A stretch of 64,000 bases of DNA from the human T2T-CHM13v2.0 reference genome, Homo sapiens. Made by a program: the position numbers and the translations under genes. Below the pieces are notes generated by a model. That model was not told the DNA's origin. It ran no database searches and worked only from the letters and a program-made list of their open reading frames with translations. The stretch is from NCBI RefSeq assembly GCF_009914755.1, contig NC_060945.1, one strand, 5' to 3'. Shown piece after piece: positions 18,939-34,032 of this stretch. Each line of letters opens with the position of its first letter. Position 1 is the first letter of the stretch.

Positions 18939-20248
18939 TCTTAACTTTTCTCCATGTGTCCCTGACTTTTATGGGTACCTTCCCTATTAGGCACTTGCAT
19001 CCCAGGTTCAATTTAGTTCCAGAAATATTTACTGAGGCCCTGCTAAGGGCAAGGCACTGATCATGTGTCTTTGGTTGAATTGGGGGTGACAGTGGGATGG
19101 TAAATGGAAGCAGCACAATGTGGTACTCAGTGCATTAGCAGGAGAATGAACAAAGGGTTTTGGGAGGACAGGGGTTGAAATGACTACACAGACAAGGTGA
19201 CAGGAGTGAGGGCCTTGATCTGTGAAGGCACAAAGTTGGCAATGAGGCCATAGTATCTGAAAACACTGAGAGAAGTTCGGTGTGACCCCACTGTAGGGAA
19301 GGTGGGAGCATGAGATGAGTATGGAGGAAAGGAGGACAAATTATGAAGGGCTTTGGATGCCAAACTAAAGACGTGATTCTTTAGGCAAGAGTGAGCCAAC
19401 AAATGGATCTTTAAACATTTTAATTTTTCTTTAAGTTTTGCATGCGCATATGTTAAGGAGTCAAATAGTTCTGCAAGATTTATTACAAAAAACCCAAGAG
19501 GGCTCAGCCCTCCTACTTCCCATATTCCCCATTCCAGAGGTAAACACTGTCTAGATGATGGTGCTGGTCTTTACTTCCCACTTTTATGAGATGTGTTTGC
19601 ATGACTATTTCTTGCTTTTACCAGTCTCGGCCATTATCTATTGGCTTCTCCCCATGGAGGATGAGGATTTGGCTCTCTCCCTGCATCCCCACACCATCCC
19701 ACACACAAATACCCTTTCTCTGCCACCTCCTTTCCACAGTGTAATTTTTGTTAGATCAACATTCAGTACTGACAATATTAGGCTCGTGTAAATGTATTCA
19801 CAGCTGAGGCAAATAGTCAACGATGGTTATTTTTACTTTACAGTAGAGTTTCAGCCCTGTCCCTGGAGGGCAGGCTAAATTTTTGTTTGTTTGTTTGCTT
19901 GCCTTTTTATTCCATGTACTCATCACTAATTCAACCCTAAAGGTCTTTGCCCTTCTGCCAATTGCCTAAATGTCTTTTCAATATGGCATCAATCAAGCAG
20001 TCTAACCATTTCCTATTCCTAATGGAGCCATTCTTGTGGCTTTCAGACCTGCTTCTGTGAGGTCTGGCACACAGGGTCACTCTGTGATTCCCTTTTATTG
20101 TCGTCCTGAAGGGCCATTTTACCCTGTGTGCTGTTGCGCCTTTGTGTTTCCTGTGTTCCAGGCTTTCTCTTTCCTGGTTTACACCAGCAGCTTTTTGAAA
20201 AACATGCACGGGATATAAGAATTTTGTTGAAGACCTTAATCCTAAAAC

Positions 20249-20572
<324 letters not shown>

Positions 20573-21244
20573 TGATAGTTTGGTCAGATATGGAACTTTA
20601 GGTTGGAAATAATTTTTCCTTTAGAATATTGAACATTAGTTCCATTTCCTACTGGTTTCCAGCATTGTTACGGAGAAATATGAAAACACTTCTGGTTATT
20701 GATTGTTTTTATGAGATCTTATTTTTTTCCTCCTTGGAAGCTTGATCTTTTGTTTCCAGTTTGGGGAATTTTCTTTTTTTTTTTTGAGACAGAGTCCTGC
20801 AATCTATTGGTATCTTTGTGTCTTTGTATATTTGTGTATTTGTATCTTTGTATATTTGTATCTTTGGCACCAATGAAAAGGTATCTCCTACAAAGGCAAT
20901 TTGAGCCATATACCATAAACAGGATTTTGGTGTGTCAATGAAGAGATTTAATTTTGGCAAACAAATTAGCTCTTACACTTTATGAGTTCTGGAACTTTGG
21001 GCAAATCATTGAAACTTTGTAAGTCTCAGTTAGTTCCTCTATAAAGCAGGAATTTACAGTAGCTGTCTTAAAGGGGCGTTTTGTGCATTAAATTACATCA
21101 TGGGTGTGAAAAGGGCCTAGCTGAGTGTCTGGGACATAGTATTTGCCCCACATAATTCATTTCTCATCACCTTAAAACCAGAATATTTCATGGGATTTCG
21201 ACATATTCTACTCATGAAGGTATTAACATAGAATGTTTGAGTCT

Positions 21245-21352
21245 CTTTTCTTTCTTTCTTTTTCTTTCTTTCTTTCTGTTTCTTTCTTTCCTTTCTCTCC
21301 TTCTCTCTTTCTTTTCCTTCCTTCCTTCCTTCTTCCTTCCTTCCTTTTCTTT
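21245..21352. repeat. Compound (CTTT)n/(CCTT)n polypyrimidine microsatellite
   Basis: Directly visible. Confidence 0.9.
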
Positions 21353-21369
21353 CATCAATTTGAGGAATA

Positions 21370-21657
21370 GGCTGGGCATGGTGGCTCATGCCTATAATCC
21401 CAGCACTTTGGGAGGCCAAGGTGGGTGGATTGCTTTAGCCCAGGAGTTCGAGACCAGCCTGGGCAACATGGTGAAACCCCACTTCTACAAAAAATACAAA
21501 AATTAGCTAGGCATGGTGACATATACCTGTAGTTCCGGCTACTTGGGAGTCTGAGGTGGGAGCATCACTTGAGCCTCGGAGGTTGAGGCATCAGTGAGCT
21601 ATGATTGTGCCACTGTACTTCAGCCTGGGCAACAGAGTCAGACCCTGTATCAAAAAA

Positions 21658-21691
<34 letters not shown>

Positions 21692-21697
21692 TATATA
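21370..21697 (+). mobile_element. AluJ followed by (TA)n microsatellite (21660-21688)
   Basis: J-type right arm; TA repeat grown from the tail. Confidence 0.9.
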
Positions 21698-22730
21698 TGA
21701 GAAATAATGCCTTTCTTACCCAACTTCATTCATGAAACCGTATTGCAGGCTTCATCTGTTCAAGTACTCTACCCATTATCTACAGTGAAGGAAATGGCAC
21801 TCAAGTTTGGGCAATGACTGTCTTACCTGGGAATTCTGAGGGAAAAGGTCTTCCCTTCATGGGTTTGTAAAGCTGGTAGGACATAAACGTAGGCAGCTGG
21901 TGGCCAACTCATGGGAAAACTCCATCTGAAAATGAAGCTAAAATAAAGAAAGCTGACCATGAAGTGGAGTAAGTTAGTTCCCTAACGGTATCAGTTGTGC
22001 CTTTGGTAAATCAATGTCTAAACAAAAAGGTCCCTGGATTTCCTACTTTTGTGAACCAATAATTACCTGTTGGTATTCAAGCTAATGTTAAGTTAGTTCT
22101 TGACTCCTGCAACTGAAAGAATATAGGCTCATTCAGAGCTAAACTTCTTTTTTCTTTTTTCTCATTCACATGGGAGGTTTGGTTGGCATTTGGTCCTTTC
22201 TTGCAGTAGGAGGATGTCCAAGTAAAGACATAAACCAGAAAGGTAGTGAGCCAGATCTTTAATGAGCCAAGCAGTTCAGTGTTTGGGATTTTTAGAAATA
22301 CTTCAATGAGTTTCCTTTATAATTTCAGTAAAGATATGACCTTAACATTGAAGCTTATTTGAGAAATGTCTGAAGGGTACTTAGGCTACATCTCGTAGGC
22401 CTTCTGATTTTAAGAGGCTTGTATTCATGGATAAATGTAGCTGTGGTTGGGGAAAAAAGAGAGAGACCAACATTTATGAACACCAGGCACTCAGCACTTT
22501 CCTCACAATGTGTTCTTGCTGCATGAAGACCAAGGATGTCACAGGCACCAGTCAAATTTGAGTTGCAAAGCAGGCCACAGAGGGAAAGTCCTGCAAGTAC
22601 TCAGTCATCAGCATGGGGAGGAGGAACTCAAACCAAGTGTACACTACAGAATGTGTCCCATGTTCATGTTTGTGCACCTGTTTGGTTTCTGGAAAGTGCT
22701 CCCTCATGTTAAATTTATGTAGTTAAGTTG

Positions 22731-23504
22731 TAAAACAGGAAATCTTCCTTGACCCTTTGCAGGATTTGTGAAAGGGGTGGCTTGTTTACTGAGCCCGCAG
22801 CACTCAATCCCTTACGGGATGGGGAACATGCAGGTAAGTGGGTGCGGGGGCCAGGATGAGTGCTTCTGGGTGTCAGCGGGAGCAGAACTTTGTGCGGCCC
22901 TGCGACAGCATCTGGGGGGGTACCCGTGACCCCTGGAGCCCTGAGGGCATGTATTACACTGCAGTTTTTTAGCTTTGCTGTTCACGGATGGCTTAAGTGT
23001 TTAACAGCTCAATGTGACAGCCCTCTGTATCCTGAGCTCTCATTCAGTGTCCAGGAAGAATCAGGTTGCACGAACGAATTGAAGATGGTAAATTGTGGGC
23101 GATTTTATTGCCAATGAAACTGGCTTTTAGTGGAATGGAGAGCTGGAAAGGGGATGGAGCGGGAACGTGGTCTTCCCCTGGAGTTTGGCCATCCACTGCC
23201 AAACTCTTCTTCGAGGCCCTGCCGTCAAGCCGTCCCTCTTAAGTTAAGCTGCTTCTCACCAACGTCTAGCTGCTGCTGCTTTTCTCTACTTCTCTGCCGC
23301 TCTGCTGCCAGTGGCGGCTGGGGTTTTTCTGGGTACAGGATGGGGGTCAGGGCAGGCCAGGGTGATTTTGGAAAAGGCAACATTCGGGTGGGAAATGAGG
23401 AATGCATGTTCTTACTTTGGGCCATGGGTCCAGGTTTGAGGGTGGGGTCCTCACTGGGGACTGCCCTCTTCTACCCAGTATTTTCCTGCCTCCTGTCTGT
23501 ATCA
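22731..23504 (-). mobile_element. LTR1-family ERV1 solo LTR
   Basis: Minus strand starts TGATACAGACAGGAGGCAGGAAAATACTGGGTAGAAGAGGGC; GC-rich; 4-bp TSD GTTG / ATTG. Confidence 0.78.
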
Positions 23505-23674
23505 ATTGTATTTTAAATTTGTTACTTTATTTGAATTTAAATTATAAAATTGGTTGATAAGAACTTTGTACATTTGATTTTGTAAGAGTTTTATAAAAAG
23601 ATTATATATAGTTTTATGCTTATACTTAAGTAATGCTATTTTCAAAATGAAGTCAATACTGGAGAATATTTTAT

Positions 23675-23980
<306 letters not shown>

Positions 23981-24689
23981 GATCTTTTAAATAAATGTTA
24001 TTCGCTGTCTATGAAGTAGTCCTGCAAAAAAAGAAAGTCACATCTGAATCTGACCGAGTTTCTAGATCCAATGGCTAATTTACAGTGGACAGAGAGAACA
24101 GAGAAGCATATTAAAAAACATTATGGAGGTGTAACTTTGGGAACTCTATAGTTTCTTTAACAAATAAATTTGCAAAAAAAGAGGGAGGAAGAGTAATTGT
24201 AGATTTATAAATATAAAAACTTAGCAGTCCATCATGTGTCCGGACTTTGGATCTTGATTAAAAATTTAAAAATTAATGGAGAAAACAATTGAAAATGTTT
24301 GTGATAAAATTGGAGGTTTGAATGCTGTCTGATGATGGGTAATGTTGGGGAATTACTGTGGTGGTGGTTGTTGGTGTGATGGTGCTATTTGGTTCTGTTA
24401 ATGAAGAGAGTGCTCTTCCTTTTTGGGGTACACACTGGGATATTAACAGATGATGAGAAATTTATGTTTTCCTTAGGATAACATTAAGAAGGTAAAGTAA
24501 ATCTATCTATACTATAATAACAAGCTTTAAAATTTGGTGCTGTTAGTCCTTCTAGGTTATATTCTTGGGAAAGATATAAATACTAAAATATAAGATAAAC
24601 ATTATTTTCTCATACAGTCAAAAATATTAAAGGAAATTTATTCTTTCTCCAAGAGTCTGCTGTCTAGGTGTTTATAGAAAAGGAACACA

Positions 24690-24992
24690 GGCCAAGGGTG
24701 GTGGCTCATGCCTGTAATCCCAGCACTTTGGGAGGCTGAGGCTGGTGGATCATGAGGTCAGGAGTTCAAGACCAGCCTGGCGAAGGTGGTGAAACCCCAT
24801 CTCTACTAAAAAATACAAAAATTAGCTGGGCGTGGTGGCAGGCACCTGTAATCCCAGCTACTCAGGAGGCTGAGGCAGGAGAATCGTTTGAACCTGGGAG
24901 GCGGAGGTTGAGGTGAGCCGATATCGCGCCACTGTGCTCTAGCCCGGGCAACAGAGTGAGACTCCGTCTCAAAAAAAAAAAAAAAAAAAAAA
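24690..24992 (+). mobile_element. AluS
   Basis: Full dimer; TSD AAAAG(G)AACACA. Confidence 0.93.
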
Positions 24993-25216
24993 GAACACAT
25001 GTGTCACATTTAATTAACTTTAAATGGTAAACTCAAATTGTATAAAACCATTTAAGTTTTCATAAATAAAATATTTAGATAAAAGATTAATCCATTTAGA
25101 TAAATAGATAGCTAAATCAAGTTAAAAAGGCAAAACAGTGGCTACACACACATCACGTTATTCCCATCTGGGGAAACCCTGAGTTAGTCCATGCTTGCTT
25201 GTTGGCTATACAAATC

Positions 25217-25590
25217 AAGGGTCCAAAAACTCTGAGGATCAGGTAAAGTCTGTCCCACAGCCTGTTTTGGTATGACCCAGGAGCTAAGAATGGTTTTAAT
25301 ATTTTAAAATATTTGACAAATATCAAAAGGAGAATAATCTTTGGTGACATTTGGAAATTATATGAAATTCTAATATCAGTGTCTGTACTTTTACTGGAAT
25401 ACAGCTATACACATTTACTTACTGTTTTTGTAAATAAAGTTTTACTGGAGTCATCCATCCATTTGCATATTGTCTATGACTACTTTCAACTTAGAACAGC
25501 AGAGATGAGTAATTGTAACAGAAAGTGTATGACCTGAAAAACCTAAAATATTTATCTCCTGGCCCTCTACAAAAAAAGTTTGTCAACCTA
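25217..25590 (+). mobile_element. MER58B hAT-Charlie element
   Basis: Motifs GAGCTAAGAATGGTTTT, GTAAATAAAGTTTTACTGGA and terminal AAAAAGTTTGTCAACC. Confidence 0.75.
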
Positions 25591-25759
25591 GATGAAAAAA
25601 CTGAGTCCTGGAGGTATGAAGTCTCTGGTCTAAACTTCCACAGCTTTTGAATGCAGCATCACAATGCAAACCCAGGTCTTCTGAATCTAGGTACCCTTTG
25701 GATGTAGTTTTTTCCTATGTTTTTGCCCCCTTGAAAAAATGATTTCTATTTACATAGTG

Positions 25760-25970
25760 CCTGTTTTATTTCTGGCATTGTTGCACGTACTTGTATTGCT
25801 CTTTTAATTGTCATAACAACCTGTAGGACAGGTACTATGATTATCCCCCATTTTATACTTGGGGAATTTGTGGCATATAATTTATTAAGTAATTTAACCA
25901 AAGTCCTACATGAGTAAGAGACAGAGCTGGGTTGGAGACCCAGGTGGCCTGACTTAAATGTTGCACATTG
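25760..25970 (-). mobile_element. MIR
   Basis: ATAACAACCTGTAGGACAGGTACTATGATTATCCCCCATTTTATA motif. Confidence 0.7.
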
Positions 25971-26829
25971 CTCTGTCTCCTTCATTAAGGGAACCACAAA
26001 GCTAGTGAAAGAGAAACCATTGAGTGGTTCAGTGGTTCTAACCCCTGTCATTCCTCTCTTGAGCTTTGGGGGCACGAATGATACAGGGTTGATCATTCTG
26101 CTATCTTAAGCCTGAAGTGAACTTTGATTAGGAAAAGTGGCTCCCAGTTACCCTTAAAATCAAAGGCTGTGACAGTATGTGATCAGAAATCCTTACTCTA
26201 GAAACATACAATTTTTCTTTGTCAATTAAAATAAAAAGAAGTTCCTGGGGGAGGTGGTGTCTTGTTTTTGTCGTTGAGCCTTGATCCTTGCTTTGTGGTT
26301 TTTCATTGCATTGCCCTACGAGAAGGTTTGAGAAGGAGTAACAACATTACTGCAAGTTAGCACTGCAAGAAGGCTTCCTGGGAAACCTGGGAAACCTTAC
26401 CTGACATTTCACTGGGGTCAGGAGCGGAGGAAGAGGCTCCTCCAAAGAGCAATGGCACAAGACCAGCTCACAGTATGGAACAGGTCCCGTGGCACTTTCT
26501 TACCATGGCCTGCACATGCAGTCTCATGAACCAGTTGGAAGAGGTGTTTATTCACTGGTGTTTTCTTCAAACAGATGTATCAGTGCTTCATAGAAAAGCA
26601 GGGTTAATACATAACTTTGGGACTTTTGCTTTACTAACTGAGAAATCTGACAAAATTTTTTTATGGGGATGGAGTTGGGAAGAATGAATTGAAGAAAGTG
26701 GCAGCAAAAGAAGAGTTACTTCTCCCAGAGGACTCTGCATGTGCCATACGGCACTGTGGGGGGAGCTGTGCCTTGGCTGTCCACTGGATGTTCAATCAGG
26801 ATAAGGCCATCCACTGGATGTTCGATCTG

Positions 26830-27430
26830 GAGAGGCTGGCAAATTATAGTCTGCAGGCCAAATCCAGGCTGCTCTCTCTTTGTAAATAAAGTGTTTTTGG
26901 AACACAGCCATGTGCATTTGTTTCCTGTTTTTGTCAATAAAGTCAGAGCCCATCCATTCCTATACATGTTGTCTATGGCTGCCTTTATGCTACAGAGGCA
27001 GAGATGAGTAGTTGTGACAGAGATCCTTAAGAGCTCACAAGTGTAAAATATTTCTTTCTTTCTGTTTTTTTGTTTGTTTGTTTGTTTTTTGAGATGAAGT
27101 TTTGCTCTTGTTGCCCAGGCTGGAGTACAATGGTGTGGTCTTGGCTCACTGCAACCTTCACCTCCCGAGTTCAAGTGATTCTCCTGCCTCAGCCTCCTGA
27201 GTAGCTGGGATTACAGGCACTCGCCACCACGCCTGGCTAATTTTTGTATTTTTAGTAGAGACGGGGTCTTACCATGTTGGCCAGGCTGGTCTCAAATTCC
27301 TGACCTTAGGTGATCCGCCTGCCTCGGCCTCCCAAAATGCTGGAATTACAGATGTGAGCCACCGTGCCTGGCTCACAAGTGTAAAATATTTCTAATATGG
27401 CCCTTTAGAGAAAAATTGTGCTGACCTCTG
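26830..27430 (+). mobile_element. MER58A interrupted by an antisense AluS (27051-27373)
   Basis: MER58 motifs on both sides; Alu TSD CACAAGTGTAAAATATTTCT. Confidence 0.82.
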
Positions 27431-28240
27431 GATATAATGGAAGAGTGATTATTTTGCCATCATGGAATATTTCTTTGTTGGAGACTACCGGCCGTATATG
27501 TCACATAGCAATACAGAGCTGACTTTAAAATGTTGGGGAAAATGTCTTCTCAACTATTCTCTAAATGCTATGAATAGCCATTAAAATTTCTTTTTTAAAA
27601 TTTCCAGAATGAGGGTCTACCCAGACTACTGAGTCACTATGGCAAAGCCTGGGAATGGGTATTTTTTAAAGGCACCTAGTAATCAGGTACTTTTGAGAAA
27701 CACTAGCCTGGAACATACCAAGCTACATACGTATTGAGTTGTACTGAGAAATTGATATTGCATAATTGTGACAATAGTCTATGGTAGGAGTGTATTATTG
27801 ATCATAATTCAGAAGCAAGTCTAGAGCTCAGTATGTGAAAAGCTCCTTGAATATTATTGAAAATAACTTTCCAAATAACTGTAAAAACACATTTGTTGCT
27901 GAAAATAATAAAATAAAAATTATACATTATTGCCACCATCAAGAAACATACTGTTAATCTGTTTATATATTGATGCAGAAACACATCCTTTCTGGATTGA
28001 ATTTATATAATTCTATTAAATTCTTAAAATACCATGTAGTTATTTTGGGTTTCAGTTATGGGAAGGGATTTCACTTGGATTTCAGATTTGTTACTCTCTT
28101 GAAAGTGTTTGGATAAAGAGCCAAGAAATACATCGTTGCTCATATGGGAACAGAAAAGCTGGTAAATGTTAATTGTGACTGAAAACCTTGAATTTATGTT
28201 ATCAGATTCAGAAAGAGAACATTTAGACAATTTAGATGTA

Positions 28241-29216
<976 letters not shown>

Positions 29217-29239
29217 AATTAAATCTTTGATACGGAGTG

Positions 29240-29480
29240 CATCCTGGTGTAGTGGAAGTAGCTTGAACTAATAATTAGAAAACCTGGATCCTATCTGGGT
29301 TCTTAATTCTATTATGGTCATTCATCCTCAAGCCTGTTATTTGAATTGTCTGCGTCTCAATTTGCTCATCTGTCAAATCGGGATGGCAATACTGACAAAG
29401 ACTATTGTATAGGATCTTCTGGAAGATTAAAATGAGGTCGTGAATAAGAAATTCACTTCGATAAATTATAATGCATTAGT
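29240..29480 (+). mobile_element. MIR
   Basis: Core TCTCAATTTGCTCATCTGTCAAATCGGGAT. Confidence 0.65.
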
Positions 29481-29669
29481 AAGTTTTATTATAACCATAA
29501 AATAATATTAAAACAGTAATATTAATTCCTGAAAAGAATAAGCTTATATGTGAATGTTTTAATTGTCTGAGTCTGTACAGCTTTATTGTTGTATATATCA
29601 TAACAAATTAGCCTTCCATTCATTAGATTAAGAAAACCTGCTGAGTCCTTTTACTTGTATATTTAATAC

Positions 29670-30740
29670 CTTTTGAACAGTTTTCAATTTACAGAAAAAA
29701 ACGGAGTAAAATGTATGGAATTCCCATATATTTCCTCATCCCTCTAACCCCTAATTAACATCTTTGCTTCAATTAATGAACCAATATTGATACATTATTA
29801 TTCATTATTAGTCCATAGTTTACATTAGGGTTCACTCTGTGTTGTACATTCTATGGGTTTGGACAATTGTGTAATGATGTGTATCTACCATTACAGTCTC
29901 ATATAGAATAGTTTCACTGCCCTAAAAATCCCTCATGCACCACCTATTCATCCTTCCTTTTTCTCTTCCTGAATCCCTGGCAACCACTGATCTTTTTACA
30001 GTATCCACAGTTTTACCTTTTCTAGAATGTCATGTTGTTGGAATTATACAGCATGTAGCCTTTCAAGATTTAGCTTCTTTCATTTAGTAATATGCACTTA
30101 AGATACTTCCATATCTTTTTGTGGCTTGATAGTTTTTCTTTTTATCCCTGAATGATATTCCATTGTCAGGATATACCAGGATTTATTTACCTATTGAAGA
30201 ACTTGGTTGCTTCCAAATTTTGGCAATTATGCATAAACCTGCTATAAACATCTGTATGCAGGCTTTTGGGGAAATAACAAGAAGTGTGATTTCTGGGTCA
30301 TGTGGTAAAAGTATGTTTGCTTTTGTAAGAAACTGCCCAACTGTTTACTAAAGTGGGATATACTATTATGTTTTCATTCCCACCAGCACGGAATGAAAGT
30401 TCCTGTTGCTCCACAGCCTCACCAACATTTGATGTTGTCAGTATTTTGAATTTGGGTTATTCCAATAGGTGTATAGTGGTATTTCATTGTTGTCTTAGTT
30501 TGCAATTCCCTAATGACATATGATGTTGATCATCTTTTCATATGCTTACTTGCCATCTGTATATTTTCTGTAGTGAGATATCTTTCAGATCTTTTGCCTA
30601 TTTTTTGATTGGGTTGTTTGTTTTTCTGTTGTTGAATTTTAAGAGTTCATTGTATATTTTGGATGCCAGTCCATCATCTGATATGTATTTTGCATATTTT
30701 CTTTCAGTCTGTGGCTTGTGTTTGCCTTCTCCTAATATTT
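29670..30740 (-). mobile_element. Old L1 3' end (L1MC-like)
   Basis: Antisense L1M 3' UTR and ORF2-end motifs such as GTCCATAGTTTACATTAGGGTTCACTCT and GTAAGAAACTGCC. Confidence 0.82.
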
Positions 30741-30949
30741 ATTTTGCTTATTTAACCTCAAAAATCACAATCCAATTATTTTTTAAGTACCAATGACATC
30801 CAGGTTTACAGTTTTTAAAAAGGTTGACAAATCCTAATGCTGTATTCTTATTTACCATTGACTCCTTTTGTGGTTGGTTGCATTTGAAGAATGAATCGAG
30901 TCATCAAGCCCAACATGGGCTCAACCTCAAACCTCACATTCTTAACCAG

Positions 30950-31350
30950 GATCCTCGCTGCTATCATCTGAGAGTCAGCCTGTGGCCTGTCCAAGTTGGC
31001 TGGGTCTGGCTGAGCTGATTGGAGCGGCCGACATTTTTGCTGACTGGAGTCATGCTATCTTTGCCAGTTTGCTGGAATAGACACAGACACCGATTGGGTC
31101 ACGCTGAAGACATTCCTGTCTTGTGAAGCAAGTCTGTTTGTATTTTAAGTTTGCCAGGACTAATGAATTAAAACATTTGGACTCCCCACAACTTGCTGTT
31201 TATCAATGCCTCTGACAGGAGGAGGGTTTTCTTTTGCTCTTGCTTTTTCTAGAAAGATGACAACATCCTGGCTGTTAGAGAGGCAAGGAAAGGAGAGAGG
31301 GGTTGTGAAGGGAAGCGGAAGGGAAGGGAAGGGAGGTCCCGTGGGACGCT
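30950..31350 (+). promoter_or_regulatory. Putative promoter of the short MAP3K7CL isoform
   Basis: Two inverted CCAAT boxes (ATTGG near 31018 and 31093), TGACAG near 31213, GGAA repeats 31311-31330, directly upstream of and within the 5' exon. Confidence 0.55.
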
Positions 31351-31538
31351 GGGGTCTGGGGCAGAGCAGGTAGCAGCGTGCTGCCCTGACAGCTGTCTCC
31401 GCTCCTCAGATTGTCAGTGGCTGCTATGCAGCAGGTGCAGCCTGGTCTCTCACTGAGTCTCTACTCCACAAAGGCAACGACTGGCCAAGGCAGTGGCTGG
31501 CTCTGGGTTACACAAGTGCAGACACTCAACTAAGTGAG
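31253..31538 (+). other. MAP3K7CL: MAP3K7CL 5' non-coding exon (exon 1 of the short isoform; true TSS not determinable, start placed at the upstream acceptor)
   Basis: Strong donor GAG|GTAAGC at 31538/31539; polypyrimidine tract plus AG at 31227-31252; GC-rich unique sequence 2.4 kb upstream of the first coding exon. Confidence 0.7.
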
Positions 31539-33083
31539 GTAAGCCAACAGGTGTGAAAACTGAACTAAATGCTCAGATCAGCAGCAACTTAACCAAAGCT
31601 CTGTTACAGCCTGTAGCCAAGAGAAGGAACCTGTGGTTCGTTTCCCCAGACGGTGTGATGAAAAGGCAAGTTGGTGTAGGGGCATTTGTGGTCAACATGG
31701 TGTGGAACTCAAAGTCCACTCAGTCTTGCCACCATCCTTTCATAGGCAGACAGATGTTCTCCATTGAGCGGAGGGGAGGGACTCTAATTAGCTGTGTTTA
31801 TTAATTCCATTTCCTGTAGCTGGAAACCATACCAGAGGACTATTTACAAAATCCTTGAGGCAAATTTCTACCTCTTGTACTTGATTTCTTGGTGCGGGAA
31901 AGTGTTGGGGGATTTAGCCAAAAGAGGAGTGCAACTTTCCATCCTTAGATGTTATGCTAAAGTGATTCGGTGATTGTACAATGCATAACAGTAAAACTTT
32001 TCTTTTTAGCTAAAATGTTAAGGGAATTTTAATGGTTTCTTCTGTTGAATTTGAGACAATCCATGCCATTCCCTAGGTGGCTAACAAAATGCTTGATTCT
32101 GAGCAGGTAAGACTGGACAGAAGGGTGGCAGAGTTAAGATAAAACAAATCCTGAATCAAATAACAGATATTTTATATTACTCTTTTTTAAAATTAAATGT
32201 TTCATGTCACTATTTCTTTCTAACTTAGAATTACATGATATGGACAGTGGAGAGCTTTTTGGTGCATTGCTACTTGTAGTGCTAAATAAATGGGCCAAAT
32301 TATGATTCTAACTGGATAATAAACAGTTGCTGGTTTTTCTCCAAAGCTATACTAGGGTTTTAATATAAGCCTGATCTTTTTTCATATGCTGGGTAAGATG
32401 ATTCCATATGTATGTATGTCTAAATATACATGTATATATATATATATGCATTGGCTTTGGCTCTATAAATACTTTTAAAAACAAAATTCAGTGTTCTGGA
32501 CACTATTTTTAGCTAGATAGAGGAAAGTTATGGGAAAAAGTCAGAAACCGTGCTGTGAGAAAATGTCCTGCTAAAGCATTTCCCAGAATCTCTTTAAGGA
32601 TGGCTAAAGAGATTATTTATACTTTGCCATTTTTAGAGCTATTTCCCTTAAAATATCATTCAGGTTTTTTGGTTTACTGTCTACATGAGAAGGAAAGTAG
32701 AGGGTTTAGGGGAGGTGGCACTAAAAATAGAAAAGTTAAATATATGTTTTTAAATAAGAAAGATATCATGTATTTATAACTATCTTTTCCTAGTCCCCTA
32801 TAGACATCAAATTATCAAATATCTTGGTTAAAATATATTTGGGCTAAGTTCTCTGATTATAACCAGAAATATTCATGTGTTTTTGCCCATTCCATTTTAT
32901 CTGCAGGATGTTTTTTTCCATTCATTCTACCTTAATTAATTAAATGATGATTTGATAGCTGGAGTAGAATATCTATAGGATGTTTTTGAGTCTTGTCTTT
33001 GCTTTTATAGAGTGTTAAGATGTGCATCCTTAGAAATGTTTGGTAGACTTACAGGTAGTTAATCAGATATTTAAAGCATATGA

Positions 33084-33427
<344 letters not shown>

Positions 33428-33923
33428 ACTTTTGGTATTCTTTAAATGATTCCATGAAACCCATTCTTTGCCACTCTCAGATTAATAATTCAGATTTAAT
33501 TTAGGCTTTTGAACATGAAAAGCAAGTCTAATCTGAAGCCATCTGATACCTTATTAAGACTATATCTCTTTTTATCCTCCTCAGTTGAAAGTAAAATACT
33601 TTATATGACCTTAAAGAGGCAGGATTGAACTGGTCCATGTAAAAAGATATTGAGCAAGTAAGGCAGGTAGAGATATTTCCCATATTTCATTCATTCTAGA
33701 TGTATATTGCAAAAGCAATTTTTTCTTGAGCCAAGAAAAAAAGATTTAAATGGGGCGGATGAATACTTTTGACATAGAAAAAGCTCAAAACTAGGAGTAT
33801 CTTTAGAATAAGCAGGTAATGCTTACTAACCTTAATAACTTCACCTGTAATTTCCAAGGGCCTCTGAGTATTTAGGGGGATGATGCTGGATAAAGTGACA
33901 ATGGCTCTCTCTTGCTGTCACAG

Positions 33924-33962
33924 CTGGAAGACCCAGGAGAAGGCGGAGGCTCAGGTGCCCAC
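33924..33962 (+). other. MAP3K7CL: 5' UTR part of MAP3K7CL exon 2
   Basis: Acceptor ctctctcttgctgtcacAG ends at 33923; 39 nt precede the ATG at 33963. Confidence 0.8.
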
Positions 33963-34032
33963 ATGATCAGCACAGCCAGGGTACCTGCTGACAAGCCTGT
34001 ACGCATCGCCTTTAGCCTCAATGACGCCTCAG
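33963..34032 (+). CDS. MAP3K7CL: MAP3K7CL first coding exon segment, MISTARVPADKPVRIAFSLNDAS
   Basis: Matches the recalled N-terminus of the short TAK1-like protein; donor CAG|GTATAC in phase 1 joins the next exon in frame. Confidence 0.93.

Noticed and set aside
22860-23516. 85-aa and 128-aa ORFs in GC-rich DNA
   Set aside because: Inside the solo LTR with no gag, pol or env similarity
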